Both the position numbers and the translations under genes were made by a program. Below the pieces are notes generated by a model. That model had not been told where the DNA came from and did no database searches. It saw nothing but the letters and a program-made list of their open reading frames with translations. Positions 47,509-59,899 of a DNA stretch of 64,000 nucleotides are shown one piece after another. Numbering within the stretch: position 1 is the first letter of the stretch; each line of letters starts with the position of its first letter. The DNA is from Felis catus (Eukaryota), in assembly GCF_018350175.1 (NCBI RefSeq), contig NC_058368.1, forward strand, positions 54,128,001 to 54,192,000, written 5' to 3'.

Positions 47509-47620
47509 AAATGTTTTTTCCTAAGTTTGTAAGTAATCTCTACACCCAACATGGGGCTCGAACTCACGACCCCAAGATCAAGAGTCACGTGCTCTACTGA
47601 CAGAGCCAAGCAGGGGCACG
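47509..47620 (-). mobile_element. Short tRNA-Lys-like Can-SINE
   Basis: TSD ggaagtctttttt at 47495-47507 and 47621-47633. Confidence 0.92.
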
Positions 47621-47759
47621 GGAAGTCTTTTTTAGAATTCACAGAGGAGGGTTCACAGACACTACTTCTCACTCCTTTTTAACTCTCTCATCCAGCTCTG
47701 TATTACACAGGCATGAAGACAATCTTACTGATAAAACCTTCTCAGTTTATCACAACCTT

Positions 47760-48665
47760 TCCACATTTCCTACCTCCACAACCATCATCTTGGATCAAGA
47801 TGTTGGTGTACAATAGCCCCTAAACGTTTTTCTCTTTTCCCTCCTTATCTCCCTACCAAATTGTTTCCATAAATCTAGTTATCTTGAAAACTGCACATCT
47901 GATCGTGTCACTTCCCTGCTTCCAGTAACTTGTAATTATTCTTTGGAAAGAGTCCACAGCTCTCAGCATGGTCTGGCAGGTTTTCCATGTGTGACCTCTG
48001 TCCTTCCCCAGCCTCATGCCCCGCCCCCTCTTTCTCCTTTTTCATGTTCTCCTTAACACTCCTCTATCAGTTTCTCAGAAACCCGCTCCTTCCAGCTACA
48101 GGGACTGGCAATGATAATCTCTTTGCTTGGAATGTTCTCACCAACACCTTCTCATCCTTCAACAACTTGGATCTCAGCTCAATTTCAAATCTTCGTGTCT
48201 CTATCACATATTTACCCCCAAACCCAGACAAGTAAGGCTCCACCTTGACTGCTCTTCATACCTCTGCCACAAATATTATTCCTATTATGATTTGCTAAAT
48301 ACCTGTCTTTTTTTTTTAAGTTTATTTTTTTGAGAGAAAGAGAGAGAGAGAGAGAGAGAGCATGGGAGGGGCAGAGAGAGAGGGAGAGAGAGAATCCCAA
48401 GCAGACTTTGTGCTGTCAGCTCAGAGCCTGGTGTGGGGCTTGATCTCACGAACCATAAGATCACGACCTGATCTGTAATCAAGAGTCAGACGCTTAACCG
48501 ACTGAGCTACCCAGGTGCTCCAATACCTGCCCCGACCTGTGAAACTTAACGGTCCATGAGGAAACAGGTCAGCCTATGTACTGCTGTGTCCTTGGTGCCT
48601 GGGATACTTACAACTTGGCATGTGGCAGGTGTCCAACAGGTATCTGCTGACCAGGTGGATAAGTG
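47760..48665 (+). mobile_element. L2 3' region interrupted by a Can-SINE (48308-48521, minus strand)
   Basis: catctgatcgtgtcacttccctgctt...ttggaatgttctc...tccatgagg...gtgcctgg...ttggcatgtggcaggtgtccaaca. SINE TSD aatacctg(t/c)c. Confidence 0.8.
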
Positions 48666-49919
48666 AAAAAGTCCTGCACTGGTAATTACTAGACTAGGCA
48701 TTCTATATGGCTGCTTTCAGACTTCTGTTTTCTCAGGATTAAACTCCTTAATTATTTAATCCTCTGATTTCCTAGGTAATTAGATTTGACTGGGAAGGCA
48801 TTAAAAGAAGAATTCTGTTTACGTTAAGGTATCAAGCCCTTTTTTTGCCATGGAGAGGTGCGACAGCTTTACAACAGACCAAATATCATTTGGTTCCCGA
48901 CACTAAACTTTGGCAAGAATATTTCTCTGCTAATTTGAATGACCAAGAAATTATGCCATTTCTTTTGAAGAAAATTATCCTTTGAAGAACATGAAGAACT
49001 ATTTGATTCTCTTCACCTAACTTGATCGTATTACCAGCCTCCATTCCTTCTTGCACCTGACTTTCTTTTTTCTTATAGAACACTGATTCTATTTCCTTTG
49101 TATAAACCTCTTGTTTTAAAAAATTTGCCTTGCAAATGCACGATGTCCTAGGATGTGTATATTGAACGACCAGAAATAACTCAGTGACATATTCTTCTTG
49201 CTTATTTCATACATATTTCCAACTTATGACTCATTGGTTTAAAGAGGACAAATGGGAACTAGGAGCAAAACAGAGGGCTTGATGTACTTGTGCCTGAGAG
49301 GAAGATGAATCACTCTGCTGCTGGCAAAGTGTCCCGGTCAGGGTCAGGGTTGCCTGTCTCATGGGTTTGAATGACCCCCACTGTTCCCTGCCCTGGCCCC
49401 ACTCACAAACTCACAAGCAACCTCACACAAACACACATCCCAAACACCACACACGTCTTACTTTAGAAGCCCCGGGGGACTATTTTAGGCTGGAAGGCAT
49501 GCATATGATGAAGAAAGTGACTGTCTTGGAGGCTATAACTTGATATATGAACGCGTCAGAGGGACCCAAAGTGTTAGCAGTGGCATTTCAATTCTCAGTT
49601 TTCAAAGAATTTTATTTTCCTCTCTCCTTCCACCATCTGTTTTTCTTACTGTAGCAAATGTCATTTCCTATGGAGTTTAATAGCATATGAAATGGGATTG
49701 TTTTACAGTGAATTTTGATGTAGTTTCATGATTTTCCCAAGAGTGGTTTTTCTCCCTCCCTCCCTCTCTGTTCCACCCCTCCCCCTCCAGCCCTCCCCTC
49801 CCCCTTTCTTCTTTCCCTTGCTCTTCTCTTTAACCCTCCCTTCCTCCTTGCTTATTTCTTTCCTTCCTTCATTTTACTCAGACAAATTAAGCTAGCTTTG
49901 ACATCATGCTAATCATATC

Positions 49920-50225
49920 AACTTAAAAATAACTACTATAAGTTTGCTTCTAAATTCTGGACTGAAATCTGTGATAAGATGAAGCTCTGAACTAAGTCAA
50001 TATTTATTTTATTTTGTTTTTGTAACAAACACAAATTCCCAAATGGCATTAAACTGCTAAATAGTAAATTCCTACTGAAGTGATAAGCAAAGGATTTTGA
50101 CTTCCGCTTTTGTGTATAGAAGGAGTGACTGACGAATGCAAAGTAGAAAGAGCAGTGACCGGGAAAGTGCAGGAAGTGATAGTGAGAAGGCACACTGAGA
50201 CGCCACTTCCTATGTGACAGGCAGG
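49920..50225. promoter_or_regulatory. Candidate enhancer: GATA/ETS/MEIS/MEF2/FOX motif cluster
   Basis: TGATAA at 49972 and 50081; TGATAG 50177; ACTTCCG 50100; CAGGAAGTG 50170; CACTTCCT 50204; TGACAG 50215; TTAAAAATAA 49923; AACAAACA 50024. Motif evidence only. Confidence 0.4.
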
Positions 50226-50244
50226 GTTTAAACTCAACATATAC

Positions 50245-50365
50245 GGATTAATTTAATTGTCACCATAACACCTTGCTGGAGGTATTATTGCTTCTCCAAT
50301 TTACATTCGAGAAAACTGAGGCATAGAGATATTAAGGACACACAGCTACTAATTGGCAGAGGTAA
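50245..50365 (-). mobile_element. MIR fragment
   Basis: ggtattattg..tctccaatttac..tcgagaaaactgaggcatagaga...cacacagctactaattggcagag. Confidence 0.75.
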
Positions 50366-52500
50366 AGGGTCCACACACAGAAGGATCATACTGCGCTGTT
50401 TTCTCTCAATTGAAACTGAAGCATAAATTTGCAGCGTGACGGAGGACAGAGTCTTCTGTGAAGCATTAGGACTGTCTTTTAGTGCCTTCCTTTGAGGGAA
50501 GAAATCCCAAAGGGTTTCAGAAAGCTCCTCTCACCATAGTAAGGGAGGACAACTCCAGAAGGCAGGAGTGTGGCCAGCCTGAGAAGGTGGCCGTGTGGCA
50601 CGATGGAGACTGGTGGAGAGAGGTGAGGAGAGAACCGGCTTGGGGGGAGAATGAGGTGCATTCACTGGGGCTGTACTGACTGTGGACTCTGCTGAGGAGA
50701 AACACCATGATGTCTGTGCTGGAAAAATCCCACTGCCTCAACTCTTTTCTCTCCTTGACTGATTCAGTGACGATCTGCTCTCTCTCAAGGAGAATGAGGA
50801 TTCAGAAGGGCAGACATGACTCCATCTATTGAGAATGGCTCAAGTCTGTGGTGTCACTAGGAAGAGCCATGGCACGGGAAGATAATGTTTTAAACGTATC
50901 AAGCCGTGCTTCTCAGGGAAAGATGAGCTAGAGATAGACTGATTCATACTTTGGAGCCATGCTTTAGGATCAACTACTATGCTTTAAAAATACAACAACA
51001 AACTTTTCTCATTAGAGGAGGCTTTCTTTTCCAACAAGGGCTTCAATACTTAGATGTAGCTGAATGTTGGGGTCCATTTCTTGGGCTTAGGACCCCACTT
51101 CTCTCCACTGCTTCTCTTCTATTTATTCGGGGAGTCTGATTTTGTTCCCAGACTCTATGTGAGACCACCTTCTTCAAAAAAGGAAGTAGTCTTCAATTTT
51201 GCAGGCATTTCAGGAGTAGCAATTTGGGGAATCCTTGTATACTCTGAGTTTATGACTTTCATGAGGAAGAGTCAGAAATATTGACAAGTATATTTCCCAG
51301 ATTGTCCTCAGGATAAATTTGTTGGGCTCTATGTAACTTTGGGTAGGATTTTACCCTTGAGTGTTTCTTGGCAACAAGTGTACTGACTTGTAAACTGCTG
51401 TGGGTCCCATACAGGCAAAACCTCATTTGCACTTAGAGAGCCTGGAAGAGGAAAAGGACGATAGCTTTTATTCTCTTGGCCTTGGGTTCCAATATAAAAG
51501 AAAGAAACTGAAAAAAAATCATTTCTTTTTTATATGTTTTGAAGATATTCCAGTTTTATTTTTCTCAACTGGAAGATAATATACCCATAAAACTGGGTAC
51601 TTATTACCCTTTAGAGAATAACTAGAGAGGAGGGCCCTCCCCCACACACAGTTCTGCCGTCCCAAATGGAATGCAGCAGAATAAACAAGCAACCCACACC
51701 CAAATAATGAACTGAACATGTCGTATATGATGTGGTGTATCAATCATATATCTTTGATTCAAATTAGATTAACCAAAATAAGGGAGTTCATTGTATTTTA
51801 AGTTTGGAAAGGATGATGGGGGTAGTTTACATGATCAAAAGACAAGTTTCAGGGATTAGGACCTTACTGGTTGGGACTAAAGCTCAGTACTGGCAAATTT
51901 CTCTTCTCCTCTCCTCTTACCTCTCAACCTATTCTGTTATTTTCCCTTCCCTTTCTCGCTTCCCCATTCTCTGTCTCATACAAACACACACATTTGTTTG
52001 AATTCATATGCTCTTTCTAAGTGGCAGGAACTATTGGACTGCCGTAAAGCCCAGATTCATATTCTCACAGATTAGCAAACCTGGTAGAAAGAGGACTTCC
52101 CTCCCCAAGTTATATGTCAATCCCAGGTAAGGTGTTTGATTCTCTTGCTTGAATGAATGTTCACTCACAGATTAAGTAACATGGAATTCAAGTTAGCTGG
52201 GGGTTGAGGAGGATCTATTACAAGACTAACAGATGGTGCTTCCAACTTTTTGGTCTATTCAAGGTTGCAATAGTACATTTGGAAAAAATTAGTACCCATT
52301 ATTTGAAAATGTTTATCAAGTTTATATAATTTTCCATTATATAAAAATCGAACTGTATTTGTAGGTCTACTGAAATGCCAAATCCATCTTTCATAAGATA
52401 AAATCTTTCTTTGGTGCCCCAGAATCCAGAGGATTCAAACTTTTGTCATGAATATGAACTTAATAAAAACACTGAAGCTATATATTTAATACTTTTGTAT

Positions 52501-52958
52501 GTTTTTTAAAAAGTGTTTTAAATGTTTATTTATTTTTGGGGCGCCTGGGTGGCTCAGTCGGTTAAGCGTCCGACTTTGGCTCAGGTCATGATCTCACGGC
52601 CCATGAGTTCCAGCCCCTCATCAGGCTCTGTGCTGATAGTTCAGAGCCTGGAGCCTGCTTCGGATTCTGTGTCTCCCTCTCTCTCTGACCCTCCCCCGTT
52701 CATGCTCTGTCTCTTTCTGTCTCAAAAATAAATAAACGTTAAAAAAATAAAAAAAATAAATGTTTATTTAGTTTTGAGAGAGAGCGAGCATGAGTGGGGG
52801 AGGGGACGAGAGACAGAGAGGGAGACACAGAATCCGAAGCAGGCTCCAGGCTCTGAGCTGTCATCACGGAGCCCAAAGTGGGGCTCAAACTCATGAACCG
52901 TGAGATCATGACCTGAGCCAAAGAGGATGCTTAACTGACTGAGCTACCCAGGCACCCC
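52501..52958 (-). mobile_element. Can-SINE (outer; body 52757-52958, tail remnant 52501-52537)
   Basis: Imperfect TSD aatacttttgtat / aataatcttgtat at 52488-52500 and 52959-52971. Confidence 0.93.
52538..52756 (+). mobile_element. Can-SINE (inner; inserted in opposite orientation)
   Basis: TSD taaatgtttattta(t/g)tttt at 52519-52537 and 52757-52775. Confidence 0.95.
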
Positions 52959-54706
52959 AATAATCTTGTATTTGAAACAACGTGCAGATTTGCTTAGTTT
53001 TACTCTCCACCGCTTTTCTAGCCAGTGTAATTAAGAGCTGTTCCTTTGCTTAAATCAAAGATTGTTCTATTGGATTATTGATCTCTGTCAGTAGCCCACA
53101 TAAGAAACAAAATAGAAACCGTGGACTTCTTAAAACAAAAGAGTGCTTTAAATAAAAGTATATAACTCTATAACACTAGTCCTATAGGATTTTTTGAAGT
53201 GCATTATTTTAGTTTTCCCCATGATGCAGAGATTTAAAGAAGCAAGAAGTACCATTTACTAAAGGGTGTTGGACTCCAGGTAGTGGAACAAATGAAGAGC
53301 ATCCAGCTCATGGATCACTGCTGGTGTGAGGGCAGTGACTGAGCAAAAGCAAATAAATGCATGATGTCCAGGACAGAGGTACAGTATTCAGACAAAGTTC
53401 GGTCATGTTATTTTTGGTAGTATTGGAGTTTTATGTAGTTTGTAAACACACTGGACAATGGTTCCAGCAGTTTCAGTTGGTACATTGGGCTTTCTTTCCT
53501 TCTCTCTTTCCTTCTCTCCTTTCTCCCTTCCATAGAACATAGATAATTTTATGGCATATATGTACACAGTTATCAATCAATCACGCACTACTAAATAACT
53601 TTTGAAGAGAACTTAAAGTTGGCCCAGTCTTTAACTTGATTCAGTGAAATATGAGATATTTTATTGTAGATAGTTCTCTTTTCTGATCCTTCAAATAAGC
53701 CCTTGCCAGAGAACAGTGCTTCCCTGACAAAAGAGAACAGTCGTCTAAATCTTTGTTTTTCAAAATGTAGTCTGTACCACCAGCAATGATATCACAGGAA
53801 AATCTCAGGCTCCACTTCAGAACCTCTTGTATTGGAATTGGTAAGATCCACCAGTGAGTCAAAGTGTTCCTAGGATTTGGATAAGCAAACATTAGTGGTA
53901 AGTGCTTTTCTGGAAGGGAGGGTCAGAGGCAGCCAGGTATGTAGGATTTAAAGATCCCTGAAGATTGATCTGGATATGTCTAAGATTTTTTAAACTGAAC
54001 AATAAAGTAAATAAAGTGGTGTTTAAGGAAGAGCAATATGACCCCAACTGGCAGGTGGGCATGGAAAGAGAGAGTGGAAGAACTGAGAACAAGTAGGGTG
54101 ATAGAACCCAAACCTGAAGCAGACGATATTGGTCTGATATGGCCTTTCGGCAATGGGGATGGCAAGGAAGGGACTCTGTCAAACCCTCTGACTAGTAATT
54201 TAAGTGACTGGCTGGGGTGAGTCCACTTCCCGAGTTCCTCACGGGAAGAGGAAACAAGGAAGTATTCTTTGAGTTAGGAGGTGGAGATGTAGAATGCAGA
54301 GGATAGGAGTGCAGTGGTGAGCCAGAGAGAGAGAATATATGAACAAAATCTAGCTCTCTGTTTCTCAGGTTCAGACCCTACTCATGGCCTGGTATTGCCA
54401 TGGTAACTAAAAATTCATTTAAAAATGAGGGTAGGGAGGGCATCTATATAGCTCTTAAGAAATTGACTACTTTATTTATACATGGTTATATGGTTTGCAT
54501 ATGGGAAGTTTTGACTTCTGCTCCTTTGGTACAAAGGACAATTTAGATATCCATTTTCTAAATATTAGCTAGAAACATTTAACGGCCACTGGCTATATTA
54601 TAGTGCAACTTTTCAATATTTCAAAATTTAATGTTGTGAAATAATTCAGGGCCGTTATCTTCAAATAGAAAAATCGTTCTGAGAGGATTTGTGTTAGACA
54701 ATTACT

Positions 54707-54745
54707 GGTTTTATTTTAAAGATTTTATTTTAAAAATGTTTATTT

Positions 54746-54781
<36 letters not shown>

Positions 54782-54784
54782 TTT

Positions 54785-54837
<53 letters not shown>

Positions 54838-55069
54838 CCCAAGCAGGCTCTGTGCTGTCAGCGCAGAGCCCGATGCAAGGTTTGATTTCACAAACGATGA
54901 GATCATGACCGGAGCTGAAATCAAGAGTTGGACACTTAACCGACTGAGCCACCCAGGTGCCCCAAAGGTTTCATCTTCTAAATAATCTCTACACCCAACC
55001 TGTGGCTTGAGTTTACAGCCCTGAGATTAAGAGTCACATGCTATACCAACGGAGCCAGCCAGGTGCCTT
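54707..55069 (-). mobile_element. Nested Can-SINEs: a long SINE with (GA)n (~54732-54963) in the tail of a short tRNA-Lys-like SINE
   Basis: Outer TSD gacaattact at 54697-54706 and 55070-55079. Inner imperfect TSD aaagattttatttt / aaaggtttcatctt. Confidence 0.9.
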
Positions 55070-56598
55070 GACAATTACTATTTTTTTTTTTCATCTTTTT
55101 CCTCCACTAAAGCCATCAAAAAATATACATCAAATTCATTTTAGGATTACAGTGAATCCAAGAGATTAAGGACATTGAATAGTGATAGCACATACAACGT
55201 TTGCATTTTCTTAAAATAAAATATAAAACAAGGTACATATTGCTCTTGTATCATTGCACTCAAGGAATTCAAAGGAACCTAGGATATTCTTGACAGAATC
55301 TCTGAGAGTCATAAAGTAATGGTGCTTTACTTAAAATGACGTTTTTGACATTCTTTGTTGAATTGCATTGTTGCACTCTGCAATGGACATGGAAACTCTA
55401 ATTCCAAGAGCAAAACCAAAACCAAACAGCCACCCCGCCCCCTCCCCTGCCCGCCTTTGCGGCATATTCCACCTCACTGTTCCTTCCCAGATTGTTCCCA
55501 TTCACTCAAAATAGGCTTGAGTTCCTGCCTTGCAGGGATAACTAAAAACTGCAGTCAGATGTAGGAGCTGCTTAATCAGGTCTGGAAACCAGGCCTTAAT
55601 TAGAATGCTTGGAAAAGAGGAGCAAATGAAAATTATTAAGCTTCATTCTCCAATCCTGTTTCTAATTTTAAAGAGGAAATCATGCATTAATCAAGCCCCA
55701 TGCTAGAGCTCAGAGGCACGTTTTTGAAATATCCCAAAATAACAAGGGGAAAATTTTGCTCCGTTTCAATAATACCACCCTTGACTACTTGCTATGTATA
55801 GTAAGATCTATTCCAATGTGTGGTGTGCTAGGTTACAATATACTAAGCTTTGGTTACATTAAACTTTTTTTCTGGACTCAAGGTATATAGTGTGATATTC
55901 AAGGTTAGGCATGTATTCCCTGAAAATAAAACCAAAATTTGCAGAACCCATTTTCGGAGGCGAATGGAAGTGAATTAAATGGTTTAAGAGAAGAACACAT
56001 CTCTACCAAGAGCCACATGGCAGATAATTTCTGATGAGCAGACAACTGCTTCTATAGCAACACGTTTTTGTGATACAGATTCACAATCAGTGATGATACT
56101 GTACTTTGTGTTGATCAAACTTACGCTTAAAAAGGGGATAGTAATTGTTTTATGGGACGGGGGAAATTATTCCTGTTTTCTACAATACAATGAAGTATAA
56201 ATGCCATATTCTTAAAAATTTCTTAGCAATAATTCTCCAATTTTATATCCTGATTTCATATTATAAAAACAAAGAAACATAGGTCAATATACTCCCCATA
56301 AGTTTCTTTATGACTCTGAAGTAGTAAGGTTTAAGTTTTTGTTCCTACTGGCTTCACTAATGTTAGTAACTTCCTTTCAAAGGAGATTATATGGGGGTGA
56401 GGATGACGAATCAGGAATGCTTCCTTGTGAAGCAGTATTTACTTACGACACAGGAACTGTCTTTCTGCATCTCTGCTATTCTCTCAGTATCCAGAGGCCA
56501 TAATTTAGAGACTTGCTTAGTCTCTGTTGTCTGTTTTTACCTTGATTCTGAAAGTCTTTATGATATAGATGCTCTAATCTTTAAAAATGTTTTTAAAC

Positions 56599-56831
56599 AT
56601 TTTTATTTTATTTATTTTTGAAATGTTTTTTATAAATATTTATTTATTTTTAGGGAGAGAAAGAGCACGCACGCATTGAGTGGGGAAGGGGCAGAGAGAG
56701 AGGGAGAGAGAGAATCTCAAGCAGGCTCTGTGCTGTCAGCATGGAGCCTTATGCAGGGCTTAAACTCATGAACTCCATGAGCCAAGATCAAGAGTCTGAT
56801 GTTTAACCAACCGAGCCATCTAGGTGTTCCA
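56599..56831 (-). mobile_element. Can-SINE
   Basis: SINE body with a small internal deletion; flanking atgtttttaaa duplicated. Confidence 0.9.
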
Positions 56832-57444
56832 TGTTTTTAAAATGTTTTTTAAAATCAGGTTTTCTGGAGCCTAAAAGCTATGTGAGGACAGAGATTGAAT
56901 CCATTGTGTGTGTGTGTGTGTATGAGAGTGTGTTTCTTTAATCAGTGTAGAGTTTTAAACACAGTACTCATACAGAAAATATTGGTCAAGTGACTGAAGC
57001 TACAGATGGGGGAATTGTTGGGATTAGGTGAACATGCCTGGGGATTCAGAGATATGATTCATCAAGAAGATGGTAAAATACTAAGAGATTAATGAACGTA
57101 TAACTCTTCTAGGAAACTTTAATAGGCAGAGTTTCAAAACAGTCGCATTAAGTAGGCAAACTCATGTTCTCTCCTTACATTTAAAAAGAAGGGGAGTCTT
57201 CTTTAATTCTTGTCCTTAAGACTAGGGCACTGTGCTAACAGGCTTTTGTGTTGGTTGGTTTTCCTAGCATTTCATTTCAGGCACTTTCTCATTTCTGACA
57301 TTTTTCTGATTTTCTTGTATTCTGGAGTAAAAGATCCCAGCATTTTCCTCCAGCCAGTTCTGGCCTTTCATCCACCCTGCCTACCCCAATATTATTAGTG
57401 ATGATTTTGAAGATAATGATGATGATAACAATCCCTCCCCCCAC

Positions 57445-57486
57445 CAAAACAAAACAAAACAAAACAAAACAAAACAAAACAAAAAA
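57445..57486. repeat. (CAAAA)n pentanucleotide repeat
   Basis: Read directly. Confidence 0.95.
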
Positions 57487-57608
57487 CTACAAGAAAAAAT
57501 CAAAGCAATCTTCCCCCATAGGCCTTTGGGACCCAATGACCAAGACTCTGTTTTAGTAAAGGTTGTTTCCAGATCTTTCACTACACCTTGGCACACTTAG
57601 TGTTACAG

Positions 57609-57825
57609 TTTCCTTCTCCTTCTCCTTCTCCTTCTCCTTCTCCTTCTCCTTCTCCTTCTCCTCCTTCTTTTTCTTCCTCTTCCTCCTCCTCCTCCTCCGC
57701 TGCTGCTGCTTCTTCTTCTTCTTCTTCTTCTTCTTCTTCTTCTTCTTCTTCTTCTTCTTCTTCTTCTCCTCTCCTTCTCCTTCTTCTTCATCTCCTGCTT
57801 CTTCTGTTCTTTTTTTTTTTTTTTT
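57609..57825. repeat. Compound microsatellite (TCCTTC)n-(TCC)n-(GCT)n-(TCT)n-poly(T)
   Basis: Read directly. It generates four low-complexity ORFs. Confidence 0.97.
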
Positions 57826-58519
57826 ATGAGTGCTTTTGTTCCTCGAGCTCACTTTTAATCATGTCCCTAAAGGAATGGCAGAACAAGCAGCAGCAGGACT
57901 TAGGACACCATATCATGGCAAAGATAGCTAGCATTTGGCCTCCTGGTAAAGAATTAGCTGTTTAATGAATAACATATTATAAACAGACCCTGAGGTTAAA
58001 GGATAACAGACACAGTCTTGGTCTCTACCTTATTAAGTAGACATACTCTAGAGATGTTGGGAAGCACTGGGGCTAACTCAAACGTTTCTGTTGTAGTTTT
58101 CATCCTGTTTACTTACTTGGACTGCAGATCTGAAAGGGGCCAAGCTTCAGGTTGATCTTTTCTATTTTAATATTGTTTAAAAAGTAAGAGACCTCTGTTT
58201 TGAAAATTGGGTATGTTTTTATCACAGTGTGGTAAGTGCTGGGGGTGTGTGGGTAGTGAGCTTAGCATGTGTAGGCTGATAGAGAGGAAACTGGTCAGAC
58301 TAAGGAGCAGAGGTGTGAAAAAATGTTAGCAAGAATAGGCTATAAAAACACGCGCTTCTTCTTACCAAGTAAACACTGTTTACATTTGCTAAAAGAGCCG
58401 AAATGTCCTGGTAAGTGTTGACGAGGTTCACATCCTCATTGATTCAAGTTCATCTTTTTCAGATAAATAGGCCCAATACTAGGTGTTAGACAGGTATTTT
58501 TGGCTCATGGGCTATTTGC

Positions 58520-58670
58520 CTTCAACAAAACATTTATTATGCTCCTATTATGTGCCAGGCATTTTGTTCAAAGCCGGCAATACTCAAACAAATAGAGCAT
58601 GTTTTTGCCCTCGGGGCAATTTAGAGACTGGGAAAAACAATGGACATATAAACAAATCCTGTATAACATT
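58520..58670 (-). mobile_element. L2 3' end
   Basis: ttcaacaaaacatttatt.tgctcctattatgtgccaggcatt.tg.tc. Confidence 0.7.
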
Positions 58671-58879
58671 CTGGTTTTGGAGCTTTGGTTAAAAATAATT
58701 ATAAAGAGTATCTAATGGTCATAGACAAAGAACATTAATACTGTCATGGTTGGTGGGGAATGGGAATGAAAAAGAAAAACTAGGAGAGGGGGAAGTTTAC
58801 TTGAAGTGAGATGTTGCTGGGCATTCATAGGAATGATTCACAGATACCATGCAATGGGAACAAGCAGGTAAATTCATGG

Positions 58880-59043
58880 AAGTGGTTTGCAAAGCATGGT
58901 CCCTGCACTAGCGGTATCACCATTACCTGGACCCTGTTGGAAATACAAATTCCATGCCCCATTTTAGATCTACAGAGTCAGAAACTCTGGAGGTGGGGCT
59001 TAGCAGCTGGGCTGTGGTGCACGCTGTATTTTGAGAACCACTA
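58880..59043. mobile_element. MER5A-like hAT-Charlie MITE
   Basis: agtggtttgcaaag..tggtccctg.actagc.gtatca.cattacctgg...agtcagaaactctgg.ggtggggc...tttgagaaccact, with terminal inverted repeats. Confidence 0.85.
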
Positions 59044-59078
59044 GTTTTAGAATGTGGGCTTTTAAACTTAACTTCACA

Positions 59079-59194
59079 AGGGCACCTGGGTGACTCAGTT
59101 GGTTAAGCATCTGACTCTTGATCTCAGCTCAGGTCTTGATCTCAGAGTTGTGAGTTCAAGCCCCGTGTTGGACTCCACAAAACAAAACAAAATA

Positions 59195-59227
<33 letters not shown>

Positions 59228-59232
59228 ACCCA
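59079..59232 (+). mobile_element. Short Can-SINE with (CAAAA)/(CAA)n tail, inside a MER5-like fragment (~59052-59320)
   Basis: gggcacctgggtgactcagttggttaagcatctgactcttgatctcagctcagg...ccccgtgttggactcc followed by the tail. Confidence 0.85.
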
Positions 59233-59899
59233 ACTTGTCTTCACATCAGAAGCGCTAGGAGTTTAAAAATATGGTGCCTGGACCTCACGCCCAAGATTAT
59301 GATTTAATTGGTCTGAGGAAATTGAGACTCTGAGAGATTGACTAATTTCCCCAAAGTCATAGTAGAGTTAATAGGTAGGAATTAATGCTTAGATTAGACT
59401 GAAACGAAGGCCATGTGTGTCCATTTTGTTGCATACACCTGTCACACTGTGTGAGGGCAGAAGTTGAATAGCCTTTCTCATGGGCACTGAGGCTTATTAT
59501 AAAAGGCTTCATATTATTTCTGTTTCCTCAAAGGAAAGAGTCCTTAAACTACAATGGTACATGTAGATACGATTTTGTATGTCAAGAACAAGGTATCGAT
59601 ATACCTTAGCTAGGTTTGTTTTATGCTACTTCAAAAAATACACTTGTTTATAAATTCATGAACCATCTAGACTTACTGTAATATGCCCCCATTTTCAACG
59701 AATGCGATATACAGAAATTCCATATAGAATTGAAAAATAGAACCACTCAAACAGGACAATATTTTCACATTATGAAAAGATTCATGGCAGGGTTTTGAGG
59801 CTTTCATGTGCATGGCCCTTGAGATTTTTAGTGGTATGCAAATGGATATTCAAATGATTAATAGTTATGCACGATTTAATGGCTTTTTCTAAACAATTA

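Noticed and set aside
47530..47620. tRNA-Lys(CTT)-like gene (similar copies at ~2040, 5430, 6860, 16455, 31660, 54980)
   Set aside because: Each continues into gtagagattact plus an A tail, most have clear TSDs, and the stems are mismatched. These are tRNA-derived Can-SINEs, not tRNA genes.
57553..57965. Poly-K/R/S/F ORFs resembling protamine or SR proteins
   Set aside because: They are translations of a stop-free compound microsatellite.
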